Source: Vicinamibacterales bacterium
GTDB taxonomy: Bacteria > Acidobacteriota > Vicinamibacteria > Vicinamibacterales > SCN-69-37
Assembly (NCBI GenBank): GCA_035519535.1
Contig: DATIWF010000068.1
Coordinates: forward strand, 610 to 64,609
DNA length: 64,000 nt
Direction: 5' to 3'
The translations under genes were made by a program, and so were the position numbers. Positions 54,742-62,488 of the stretch are shown one piece after another (position 1 is the stretch's first letter; each line of letters begins with the position of its first letter). Below the pieces are notes generated by a model. That model saw only the letters and a program-made list of their open reading frames with translations. It searched no databases and was not told the DNA's origin.

Positions 54742-55485
54742 TCACAACAGCTGTTGAAGCCGCTGGTAGCCGGCCCGGCTCAGCGGCAGCTTCGTCCCGT
54801 CCGTGAGGATCGCGATCCGGCTGTCCTTCGCGTAGAGCTCCACTTTCGCCAGCCGGTCGATGTTGAGCAGATACGAACGATGGATCCGCACGAAGCGCCG
54901 CGGATCGAGCTGCGCCTCGACGTCCGAGAGCGGCTGTTCCTTCAGCAGCGCCTTCCCGCCCGTCCGGAACGCGACGTAGTCGTCCTGCGCCTCGACGTAG
55001 TCGATCTTCGCCACCGGCACGACGTGCACGTTCGCGCCGTCGCGAATCACGACGCGATCGAGCGGGGTGCCGGGCGGCCGCGCCGCGTCGCGCAGCACCG
55101 CCGGCGCCGGCGCCGGCGCCGTCCGCGCCCGGGCCCGGGCGAGCGCCTCCGCCAGCCGCTCCCGCGTGAACGGCTTCAGCAGGTAGTCCACGGCGTGCAC
55201 GTCGAACGCCCGCAAGGCATATTCGTCGTAGGCCGTGACGAACACGACCGGCACCTCGCGCCCCACGAGCTCCAGCACCTCGAAGCCCGTCAGCTTGGGC
55301 ATCTGCACGTCGAGAAACAGCAGGTCCGGCGCCTTCTCGCTGACAACCTTCACCGCCTCGAACCCGTTCGCGCACTCCGCGATGATTTCGACGTCCTCCT
55401 GCGCCGCCAGGTCCTGCCTCAGCGCCAGCCGCGCCGGCTCCTCATCGTCGACGATCACGACGCGCAGCCGACGGGCCTCGATCAT
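54742..55485 (-). CDS. LytTR/AlgR family response regulator
   Basis: Receiver domain (VVIVDDEEPAR...DLLFLDVQMP) plus C-terminal LytTR DNA-binding domain (FVRIHRSYLLNIDRL). Confidence 0.9.
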   Translation of the reverse strand: MIEARRLRVVIVDDEEPARLALRQDLAAQEDVEIIAECANGFEAVKVVSEKAPDLLFLDVQMPKLTGFEVLELVGREVPVVFVTAYDEYALRAFDVHAVDYLLKPFTRERLAEALARARARTAPAPAPAVLRDAARPPGTPLDRVVIRDGANVHVVPVAKIDYVEAQDDYVAFRTGGKALLKEQPLSDVEAQLDPRRFVRIHRSYLLNIDRLAKVELYAKDSRIAILTDGTKLPLSRAGYQRLQQLL

Positions 55486-56540
55486 GCCGACGCCTCGTCG
55501 GCCGGCAGCGTGACCGACACACGATAGGCCTCGGGCGCCGCCTCAATCGCGAGCGCCGCGCGGTCGCCGAACGCCGCCGCGAGCCGCCGGCGGACGATGT
55601 CGAGGCCCAGGCCGGTGCCCTTGCGCGCGCTGTCCGGATCGCGGGGATTCGAGACCACGATCACGGCGCGATCGCCGGCGCGCTCCGCGCTGATGCCGAT
55701 CACCCCGCCCTCGAGGCAGGTGGCGACACCGTGGCGCACGGCGTTCTCGACGAGCGGCTGCAGGATGAGCGGCGGCACGGTGACGCCTCCGCTGTCGGCG
55801 GAGACGATGGATTGTACGCGCAGCCGCTCGCCGAACCGCACCTGCTCGATCCGCAGGTACTGCTCGGCCAGCGCGACCTCGCGCCCGAGCGGGATCCGCG
55901 CCGCGCCGCCGAGACTCAGGCTGTCGCGCAGGAAGTCGGCCAGCAGCTGGCACATCCGCCGGGCCCGGTCCGGGTCGGCGCCAATCAAGCCGGCAATCGA
56001 ATTGAGGCTGTTGAACAGGAAATGCGGGTCGACCTGGGCGCGGAGCGCCCGGAGCTCGGCCTCGCGCTGACCGATCTGCAGCTCGAGCGCACGCTGCGCA
56101 ACCTCCGAGGCGCGCTCGGAGGCTTGCGCGAGATACTCCACCGCGACGGCGAGCAGGTAGGCAAGCGCGCCGAGGCCGACGAGCAGCGCCGCGAGCGGCG
56201 CGACCGGCGCGGAGGCGAGCGTCGGATCGGATCGCACGAGGACCTGCCACCAGCCGCGTCCGATCGCCGCCCACACTCCAGCGGTGACGATCGCCGCGGT
56301 CACCGACGTCGCCGCCACCCGCAGCGTCGGCGTCCCCGGCAGCGGCATGGCTCGGCAGAGGTACGTCGCCGACAACGACACGGGGGTCGCGAGCAGCCCG
56401 AGCGGCGCGCCGAAGAGCAGGGCACGGAGCCAGTCGACGCCCATCAGCGCATGGACGAGGACGCCGAGCAGGCCGCCCACGAGCGCCCAGGCCGCCAGGT
56501 GGAACTGCAATCGCAGCCGGTCGCCGAGCACAGTCGCCAT
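55482..56540 (-). CDS. LytS/YehU-type sensor histidine kinase (membrane N-terminus, His_kinase + HATPase_c)
   Basis: Hydrophobic N-terminal helices, QVDPHFLFNSLNSIAGLI (LytS-type H-box), and ENAVRHG ... GTGLGLDIV ATPase motifs. Overlaps the RR start. Confidence 0.85.
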   Translation of the reverse strand: MATVLGDRLRLQFHLAAWALVGGLLGVLVHALMGVDWLRALLFGAPLGLLATPVSLSATYLCRAMPLPGTPTLRVAATSVTAAIVTAGVWAAIGRGWWQVLVRSDPTLASAPVAPLAALLVGLGALAYLLAVAVEYLAQASERASEVAQRALELQIGQREAELRALRAQVDPHFLFNSLNSIAGLIGADPDRARRMCQLLADFLRDSLSLGGAARIPLGREVALAEQYLRIEQVRFGERLRVQSIVSADSGGVTVPPLILQPLVENAVRHGVATCLEGGVIGISAERAGDRAVIVVSNPRDPDSARKGTGLGLDIVRRRLAAAFGDRAALAIEAAPEAYRVSVTLPADEASA

Positions 56541-56550
56541 GCCGCTGGTT

Positions 56551-56606
56551 TGCCCTCTCCGCCTTGCCTTCTGCCTTCTGCCTTCTGCCCTCTGCCCTCT
56601 GCCCTA
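56551..56606. repeat. heptanucleotide tandem repeat TGCCYTC x8 (sense strand GGCAGAR)
   Basis: Units counted base by base: TGCCCTC TCCGCCT TGCCTTC x3 TGCCCTC x2 TGCCCTA. Occupies the spacer between the LiaF-like stop (56604) and the kinase ATG (56540). Confidence 0.9.
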
Positions 56607-57311
56607 CGTCTTGATCTCAACCCCGCCCATGATCACCAGCCCGCGCACGATCAGCCGGTGGCGCGCGTCGGCCGTGGCGGCGCTCTTGTCGTCCACGCCG
56701 CCCATGATGGCGAGCGCCTGGTTCGAGACGCTCCAGTCGGGCGGCACGCGGAGCTCGATGCCGCCCCACATCGCGAACACGTCGATCACCGCCTCGCCGT
56801 TGGCGGTGCCCGCGCCGCGCAGGTCGAGCTCGATGCCGCCCATCACCGCGGTGAGATCCGCGCGCCTGAAGACCGTCGAAGCCACGCGGCGCCGCACGCC
56901 TGACCAGAAGGCGAACGCGCTGATTGTCTCGTCGGTCGACGTGGGCACGCCGCGGTTGGCCCGGATCGCCGGCCCCGAGCGCAGGATCAGCATGATACCC
57001 ATCAGCACGAAGAGCAGCGGCCACCAGTCCCAGACGTGCACCGAGACGAGATCGAAATTGTCCGCGAGCCACCACGCGCCGACGAACGTGATGATGCCGC
57101 CGGTCACGCGGCCCGACAGGGTGCACGCGTTGAAGAAGCGCGTCAGACCGGCGGCGATGACGATCAGCGGCCAGTAGCGCCAGATTTCGCGGAGGTCGAG
57201 CCAGCCGACATTCGCGGCCGTCAGGAGCAGGCCCCACGTGATGATGCCAATCCCGACGACCGCCTGCGCCGTGATTCGACGACCCGGCTGGCTTCCTGGA
57301 AGCTGGGTCAC
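56604..57311 (-). CDS. LiaF-like cell-envelope stress protein (DUF5668-type TM region + DUF2154-type C-terminal domain)
   Basis: GTG start overlapping the upstream stop (GTGA). TM region (VVGIGIITWGLLLTAANVGW...). C-terminal repeats VMGGIELDL..., VFAMWGGIELRVPPDW, VIMGGVEIKT typical of the LiaF/YvqF family. Confidence 0.65.
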   Translation of the reverse strand: MTQLPGSQPGRRITAQAVVGIGIITWGLLLTAANVGWLDLREIWRYWPLIVIAAGLTRFFNACTLSGRVTGGIITFVGAWWLADNFDLVSVHVWDWWPLLFVLMGIMLILRSGPAIRANRGVPTSTDETISAFAFWSGVRRRVASTVFRRADLTAVMGGIELDLRGAGTANGEAVIDVFAMWGGIELRVPPDWSVSNQALAIMGGVDDKSAATADARHRLIVRGLVIMGGVEIKT

Positions 57312-57646
57312 CGCTGATCTCCGGCGGCGCCCCGGTGCTCGCGCCGGCCGTACAGAATCGACACCCCGCCCGCGACGATGAAGAGCGGCCAGGACTGGTC
57401 GATCCGCACGATGTCGAGGGTGTGCAGCAGGAACAGTCCGCCGATGAACATGAACCAGAGGCCGCCGCGATGCTTGCCGTCGTCGGTCTTGGCGGCGAAG
57501 CGTCCGAAGCCGAGGAGGATCAGAATCAGCGGCCACAGCCGCCCGAATCCCACGACCGGAATGAAGTGCTGCCGCCCGGCGAGCGCCACCAGCCCGAGAA
57601 CGATCAGGAACACGCCCACCGCGACCTTCGAAGAGCCCTCCGCCAT
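57308..57646 (-). CDS. small membrane protein, LiaI/LiaF N-terminal-like (DUF5668-type)
   Basis: In-frame ATG with GGGGGAGG upstream. Four hydrophobic helices (VGVFLIVLGLVALAG, LWPLILILLGFGRF, LWFMFIGGLFLL, WPLFIVAGGVSIL). Confidence 0.55.
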   Translation of the reverse strand: MAEGSSKVAVGVFLIVLGLVALAGRQHFIPVVGFGRLWPLILILLGFGRFAAKTDDGKHRGGLWFMFIGGLFLLHTLDIVRIDQSWPLFIVAGGVSILYGRREHRGAAGDQR

Positions 57647-57687
57647 AGCCTCCCCCGTTTCCGACCGGCGCACGGAGTCCGACGCGC

Positions 57688-57822
57688 TCACAGGCCCCGT
57701 CCCAGGTAGGCTGCGACCGTGACCGGATGCGTCAGGAGCAACCAGAGCAGACTCGCCGCGAGCGCGCTCGAAACGAGCCCCGCCGCCCCCACGACTACGA
57801 GCCAGAATTGCGTGCGCTTCAT
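57688..57822 (-). CDS. possible 44-aa single-pass membrane peptide (below the ORF-track cutoff)
   Basis: Hand translation: MKRTQFWLVVVGAAGLVSSALAASLLWLLLTHPVTVAAYLGRGL-stop. GGAGAG lies 5 nt upstream of the ATG. It is the first gene position of the LiaF-like/kinase operon. Confidence 0.3.
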   Translation of the reverse strand: MKRTQFWLVVVGAAGLVSSALAASLLWLLLTHPVTVAAYLGRGL

Positions 57823-58000
57823 AACGTCTCTCCGCGTTCCACCTCACAATACGAGCGGACAGCGGGGGTGTCCCGTCCCTTCCGGCCAGCGGCGGCGCCC
57901 CCTCGGCCAATGGCGCCGCCCCCGGCGAATGGCGCGACCGCGGGCTCCGGAATCGAACACCGGTTTCTAAGTACAATCGAGGGGATCGAAGGAGTCGCCG

Positions 58001-58741
58001 ATGGCCTTGTTCTCCCGCAGCTCTCAACCCGCGCCCGCACCCGCACCTGCCGACGCCGAACCGCTCGGCGGCGAGGCGCTCGTCTCCCTGCGCAACATGG
58101 AGAAGTCGTACGCGCATGGCGCGAGCCGAACGTGGGTGCTGCGGCGGATCACGCTGGACATCAAGGACGGCGAGTTCGTGTCGATCATGGGGCCGTCGGG
58201 CGCGGGCAAGTCCACGCTGCTGCACATCATCGGCATGCACGACAGCGCGTGGACGGGCGACTACTACTTCGGCGGCCAGCCCGTGCATCGGCTCGGGCCG
58301 AAGGATCGCGCGCGCCTGCACAAGCAGCACATCGGCTTCGTGTTCCAGAGCTACCATCTGCTCGACCACCTGACCGTCTACGAGAACCTCGATGTGCCGC
58401 TGTCGTACCGCGACATCAAGAAAGCCGAGCGCGACAGCATGGTCTGCGACGTGCTCGATCGCTTCAACATCGTGGGCAAGAAAGATCTCTATCCGAATCA
58501 GCTCTCAGGCGGCCAGCAGCAGCTCGTTGCCGTGGCACGCGCCGTCATCGCCAATCCCAAGGTGATTCTGGCGGACGAGCCGACCGGCAATCTGCACTCG
58601 AGTCAGGGCCGCGAGATCATGGAGCTCTTCAAGCGCCTCAACGAGTCGGGCACCACCATCGTGCAGGTCACGCACTCGGAGACGAACGCATCGTACGGAT
58701 CCCGGGTGATCGAGCTGAAAGACGGATGGGTGGTGAATTGA
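58001..58741 (+). CDS. MacB/LolD-type ABC transporter ATP-binding protein (no adjacent permease)
   Basis: GAAGGAG SD. Walker [11 protein letters not shown]-loop, signature [14 protein letters not shown], Walker [11 protein letters not shown]. FtsE/LolD/MacB-NBD subfamily features. Confidence 0.9.
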   Translation: MALFSRSSQPAPAPAPADAEPLGGEALVSLRNMEKSYAHGASRTWVLRRITLDIKDGEFVSIMGPSGAGKSTLLHIIGMHDSAWTGDYYFGGQPVHRLGPKDRARLHKQHIGFVFQSYHLLDHLTVYENLDVPLSYRDIKKAERDSMVCDVLDRFNIVGKKDLYPNQLSGGQQQLVAVARAVIANPKVILADEPTGNLHSSQGREIMELFKRLNESGTTIVQVTHSETNASYGSRVIELKDGWVVN

Positions 58742-58765
58742 GCGAGTGGGGATGGGCGATTGGGG

Positions 58766-59644
58766 ATGGTCTTGGGTGATGGAACGATCGGGCGACGGCG
58801 CGTCGCGCTGTCGTGGATCGCGCTGGGCCTGATCGTCGTCTCTGCCGCCTGCAGCCGCACGGCCCCGAAGCAGTACGCGTTCCGCGGCCAGGTCCTCGGC
58901 GTCAAGCCTGAGAAGCTCGAGATCACCCTCAAGCACGACGACATCGTCGGCTACATGCCGGCGATGACGATGACCTACGACGTCGCCGCGAAGGCGCTGC
59001 TCGAGGGACGCACGCCCGGTGAGCTCGTCAGCGGCACGCTCGAAGCGACCGACGCGGGGCCGAAGATCACCGCCATCACCCATGTCGGCTCGGCGCCGCT
59101 GCCGGACACGACGAACGAAGTCGGCCTCGCGACGGAGCTCCTCGACGTCGGCGACGCCGTGCCGGACGTCGCGATCGTGGACCAGCAGGACCGGCGGCGG
59201 TCGCTGTCGGAGTGGCGCGGGTCGCTGACGCTCATCACGTTCATCTACACGCGGTGCCCGCTGCCGGATTTCTGCCCGCTCATGGACCAGAACTTCCAGG
59301 CGCTCCAGCGGCTGATCGGGCGGGACCCGGCGCTCGCGGGCCGCGTGAGGCTGCTGTCCATTTCCTTCGACCCGGATTACGACACGCCGGCGGTCCTCGC
59401 CGCGCACGCCGCGCGGCTGAAGGCCGATCCCGCCGTGTGGACGTTTGCGACCGCCGATCGCGTGACGATCGATCGGCTCGCCGCGCGGTTCGGCGTGAGC
59501 CTCGTGCGCCCGCCGGGTGACTCGCAGATCACGCACAGCCTTCGGACGACGCTCGTGGGCGCCGACGGCAGGATCAGGCATTTCTACAACGGCAACGACT
59601 GGACGCCGGGGGCGGTGCTGGCCGACTTGCGCCGTGAAAAATAA
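58766..59644 (+). CDS. SCO1/SenC family copper chaperone/thiol-disulfide protein with extra N-terminal Met/His-rich Cu-binding-like domain, lipoprotein
   Basis: ATG 6 nt inside ORF 58760. VVSAAC lipobox. HDDIVGYMPAMTMTY block. SCO CxxxC motif FIYTRCPLPDFCP and a distal His (ITHSL). Confidence 0.8.
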   Translation: MVLGDGTIGRRRVALSWIALGLIVVSAACSRTAPKQYAFRGQVLGVKPEKLEITLKHDDIVGYMPAMTMTYDVAAKALLEGRTPGELVSGTLEATDAGPKITAITHVGSAPLPDTTNEVGLATELLDVGDAVPDVAIVDQQDRRRSLSEWRGSLTLITFIYTRCPLPDFCPLMDQNFQALQRLIGRDPALAGRVRLLSISFDPDYDTPAVLAAHAARLKADPAVWTFATADRVTIDRLAARFGVSLVRPPGDSQITHSLRTTLVGADGRIRHFYNGNDWTPGAVLADLRREK

Positions 59645-59701
59645 GCCGGGTATATTTTTCGCAGAAACGGCGACGAAAAATATACCCGGCTTATTTTTCA
59701 C
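59634..59701. repeat. perfect AT-rich palindrome, 28-bp arms, 12-nt loop
   Basis: GTGAAAAATAAGCCGGGTATATTTTTCG (59634-59661) and its exact reverse complement (59674-59701). Contains the SCO stop codon TAA (59642-59644). Related in core (CCGGG-TAT-TTTT) to the 37005 and 38934 elements. Confidence 0.9.
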
Positions 59702-60356
59702 GCCTGCCGAACGGCGGGTCATCCGCCGCTGCCCGACGCCGGCGGCCGTCCAGCGGTTCCTGAACGCCCTGCCCTACAACACCGAGCCGCCGCCCGGCCG
59801 CGCGACACTCCGGTCGTTCCGCGGCGTCATCCGCCACCACACGGCGCACTGCCTGGAGGCCGCCCTCGCCGCGGCCGTCATCCTCGAGCAGCACGGCTAC
59901 CCGCCGCTCGTGATGAGCCTCGAGTCGATCGACCAGCTCGATCACGTGATCTTCATCTACCGCCGACGCGGACGATGGGGATCGGTGGCGCGTTCGCGCG
60001 ACCTCGGGCTGCACGGCCGGCGGCCCGTCTTCCGCACGCTCCGCCAGCTCGCGCTGAGCTACTTCGATCCCTTCGTCGATTTCACGGGGTGCCTCAAGGG
60101 CTACGCGGCCGTCGACCTGCGCGTGCTCGGCGACTACGACTGGCGGCTCGCCAGGCACAACGTCTGGAAGGTCGAGCGCTACCTGCTCGACGTGCCGCAC
60201 CGGCCGATCCGCTCCTCGGCCAGTCGTGTGCGGCGCCTGCGACGGAAATACGTGGCGTTCAGGCGTGCACGTCCGGGAGCGCAGCCCGACTACTACGATG
60301 AGGGCAGGTGGTCAGCGCTGCCCACCACACGTTGGAAGTCAGAGGCCCATGTCTAA
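59634..60356 (+). CDS. hypothetical protein, possibly transglutaminase-like Cys-peptidase fold; start uncertain
   Basis: The conserved-looking part starts after 59701 (PTPAAVQRFLNALPYN..., AHCLEAALAAAVILEQHGYPP, DHVIF). The only canonical in-frame start upstream of the Cys is GTG 59634, which would make the palindrome coding. Confidence 0.4.
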   Translation: MKNKPGIFFAETATKNIPGLFFTPAERRVIRRCPTPAAVQRFLNALPYNTEPPPGRATLRSFRGVIRHHTAHCLEAALAAAVILEQHGYPPLVMSLESIDQLDHVIFIYRRRGRWGSVARSRDLGLHGRRPVFRTLRQLALSYFDPFVDFTGCLKGYAAVDLRVLGDYDWRLARHNVWKVERYLLDVPHRPIRSSASRVRRLRRKYVAFRRARPGAQPDYYDEGRWSALPTTRWKSEAHV

Positions 60357-60655
60357 TCGAGGTCGAAATCCCGTGACGGCTTGGTGACCGGCTCGTCCTT
60401 CGCCTGCTTCAGCGCCTCCTCGAAGCGCTTCGACAGCGCGTCGCCGCGGGTGCGCTCGGACTCGACGGCCTGCGCGAAGAGATTGTCGCGGCGCGCCTTG
60501 GCTTCGGCCAGGATGCGATGGGCCTCATCCAGCTTGGGCTTGTCGGCCCGCTCGGGCTCGACGTGGCGGACGACACGCTTGAGGCCCTCGTCGATGACGA
60601 GGGTCGACTGGCAGCACGGACACGTGACTTCGTATTCGGTTCTGAGTTTGCTCAT
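60353..60655 (-). CDS. small hypothetical protein (100 aa, CPCC motif, charged helical C-terminus)
   Basis: ATG start. MSKLRTEYEVTCPCCQSTLVID... then a Lys/Glu/Arg-rich helix. No family recognised. Confidence 0.5.
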   Translation of the reverse strand: MSKLRTEYEVTCPCCQSTLVIDEGLKRVVRHVEPERADKPKLDEAHRILAEAKARRDNLFAQAVESERTRGDALSKRFEEALKQAKDEPVTKPSRDFDLD

Positions 60656-60702
60656 GGGCCCACCGCCCCTTTCGTCTCCGCTCCGGAGTCTATGATACCG
60701 AC

Positions 60703-61437
60703 ATGGGCCCGCCTTCGCGCGAGGTCGTCGACGTGCGCGTCGCGACCTACAACATCCATCGCTGCCGCGGCCTGGATCGGCGGACCCGGGTCGAGCGCAT
60801 CGCGGCGGTCCTCGCCACCATCGACCCGGACATCGTCGCGCTGCAGGAGGTGATTGGCCCGGGGCTCGCGGGACCCGGACACGCGGAGCGGCTGGGGGCG
60901 GCCCTGGGCATGGGCTGGGTCATGGCGCCAACCCGCGAGCTGCGCCGGCACCAGTTCGGCAACGCCGTTCTCAGCCGGCACCCGATCCGGGACCACGCGC
61001 AGCACGACCTCTCGTGGAAGACCTGCGAGCCGCGGAGCAGCCAGCGCGTGACGGTCGATCTGGGCGCCGGCCGCATGCTCACGATCTTCAACGTCCATCT
61101 CGGCACGGCCCTGCTCGAGCGGCGCTACCAGGCGGCGCGTCTTGCGGCCTGGGTGGGGGCTCGCCGCGGCGGTCCGAAGATCGTGCTCGGCGATTTCAAC
61201 GAGTGGTCGCGCAGCCTCGCCACGGGCGTGCTCGCTGAGCAGCTGAGCAGCGTCGATCTCTATCCACACCTCCGGCGCCGGCGAACGTATCCAGGCTTCT
61301 TCCCCGTGCTGCACCTCGACCACATCTATTTCGCGGGCGATATCGAAGTGCGGCGCATCGAGCTGCCGCGGACGCGGCTCGCGATGGTCGCGTCGGACCA
61401 CCTGCCGCTCGTCGCCGACGTGCGGATCAGATTCTGA
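60703..61437 (+). CDS. endonuclease/exonuclease/phosphatase (EEP) family protein
   Basis: VATYNIHRC, DIVALQEV, GDFNEW, SDHLPLVADV: the canonical EEP catalytic blocks. Confidence 0.85.
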   Translation: MGPPSREVVDVRVATYNIHRCRGLDRRTRVERIAAVLATIDPDIVALQEVIGPGLAGPGHAERLGAALGMGWVMAPTRELRRHQFGNAVLSRHPIRDHAQHDLSWKTCEPRSSQRVTVDLGAGRMLTIFNVHLGTALLERRYQAARLAAWVGARRGGPKIVLGDFNEWSRSLATGVLAEQLSSVDLYPHLRRRRTYPGFFPVLHLDHIYFAGDIEVRRIELPRTRLAMVASDHLPLVADVRIRF

Positions 61438-61680
61438 TCAGCCTTCTTCGAAGTCAGGCTGCTGGGCGGGCAGGAAGCGCGTCGCGGGGCGGAGCGCCTC
61501 CCGATGATCGAAGACCGGCAGCCCGGCCACATGCATCGTGGTCTCGCAGCCCGGCGCCTTCTGGGCGATGACCACGGTCACGGGACTGCCCTGGACGCCG
61601 TCGCGGAAGCTCACGACGCAGCCGCAGCCGAGACGGGCGCTGACGGGCGGCGTCACACGGGGGGATTTGCGCTCGGCCAT
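61438..61680 (-). CDS. hypothetical protein (80 aa)
   Basis: Lies 4 nt downstream of the TlpA-like gene on the same strand. Contains GCGC and PGC cysteines. No family recognised. Confidence 0.4.
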   Translation of the reverse strand: MAERKSPRVTPPVSARLGCGCVVSFRDGVQGSPVTVVIAQKAPGCETTMHVAGLPVFDHREALRPATRFLPAQQPDFEEG

Positions 61681-61684
61681 CGGA

Positions 61685-62239
61685 CTAGAAGAGGGCCTTG
61701 ATCTGCTGTTCGAACCAATCGCGCGTCTGGCCGCCCTCGTGCTTCATGTAGACGCTCCCGTCCTTGCGGATGAACCAGGAGACGGGCACCGCGAAGGAGG
61801 CCTCGAACGATTCGAGCATGTCGTCGTGGCCCTGCCCGACGAGCACGGGGTAGGTCATCCCGAACTGGGCCGCGAACTTCTGCAGGTCCTCGGGCGAGTC
61901 GTCGATCGACACGCCGAGGATCGTGAGACCCTGCGCCTTGTATTTCTCGTTGACGGCAATCAGCGCGGGAATTTCGTCCTTGCACGGCCCGCACCAGGTC
62001 GCCCAGAAATTGATGATGAGCGGCTTGCCCGCGAAGTCGGCCAGGCGGACGTCCTTGCCGCTCATGTCCTTGAGCGTGTAGTTGAGGCTGACGTGCGTCG
62101 GCGTCGTGTCGTCGCCGGCGCCGGCCGGGACGCGATCGCGGGCGCACGCGCCCGGCCACATCGCGATGGCGGCGGCGACCAGTCCCGCCAGCAGGAGCTG
62201 CCGGGGCCACACCCCTGAACGAAACGTCGGCGACCTCAC
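61685..62239 (-). CDS. TlpA/ResA-like periplasmic thiol:disulfide oxidoreductase (thioredoxin fold)
   Basis: N-terminal anchor/lipobox-like WPGAC. Active site FWATWCGPC. Confidence 0.85.
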   Translation of the reverse strand: MRSPTFRSGVWPRQLLLAGLVAAAIAMWPGACARDRVPAGAGDDTTPTHVSLNYTLKDMSGKDVRLADFAGKPLIINFWATWCGPCKDEIPALIAVNEKYKAQGLTILGVSIDDSPEDLQKFAAQFGMTYPVLVGQGHDDMLESFEASFAVPVSWFIRKDGSVYMKHEGGQTRDWFEQQIKALF

Positions 62240-62488
62240 TCCCCCACATTACTACAGTCCGGCGTCTGCCGGCCCGCCTCCTTGCGTGGGCGGCCGGTGT
62301 CCTCGCCGGGCCACGGCGCGCGCGAATCCGTGACGTGTTTCGGCGCGCGAGGCGAGGTACGACCTTTGCTGGCGACATCACCAGGTTTCGCACCCAGGCC
62401 TTCACGCCCTGCGCGCCGTGCCCGTCGGGTCCGGGTGTAAGATGCCGAGACGGTCCCTGGTTTGGATGTTCTCGTCGAGGTGATTGTT

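Noticed and set aside
58747-58782. G/T-rich heptad-like tract (GTGGGGA TGGGCGA TTGGGGA TGGTCTT GGGTGAT) between the ATPase stop and the SCO start.
   Set aside because: It is only loosely periodic and short, and partly inside the SCO coding start region. It is mentioned under the heptamer finding but is not strong enough to stand as a separate feature.
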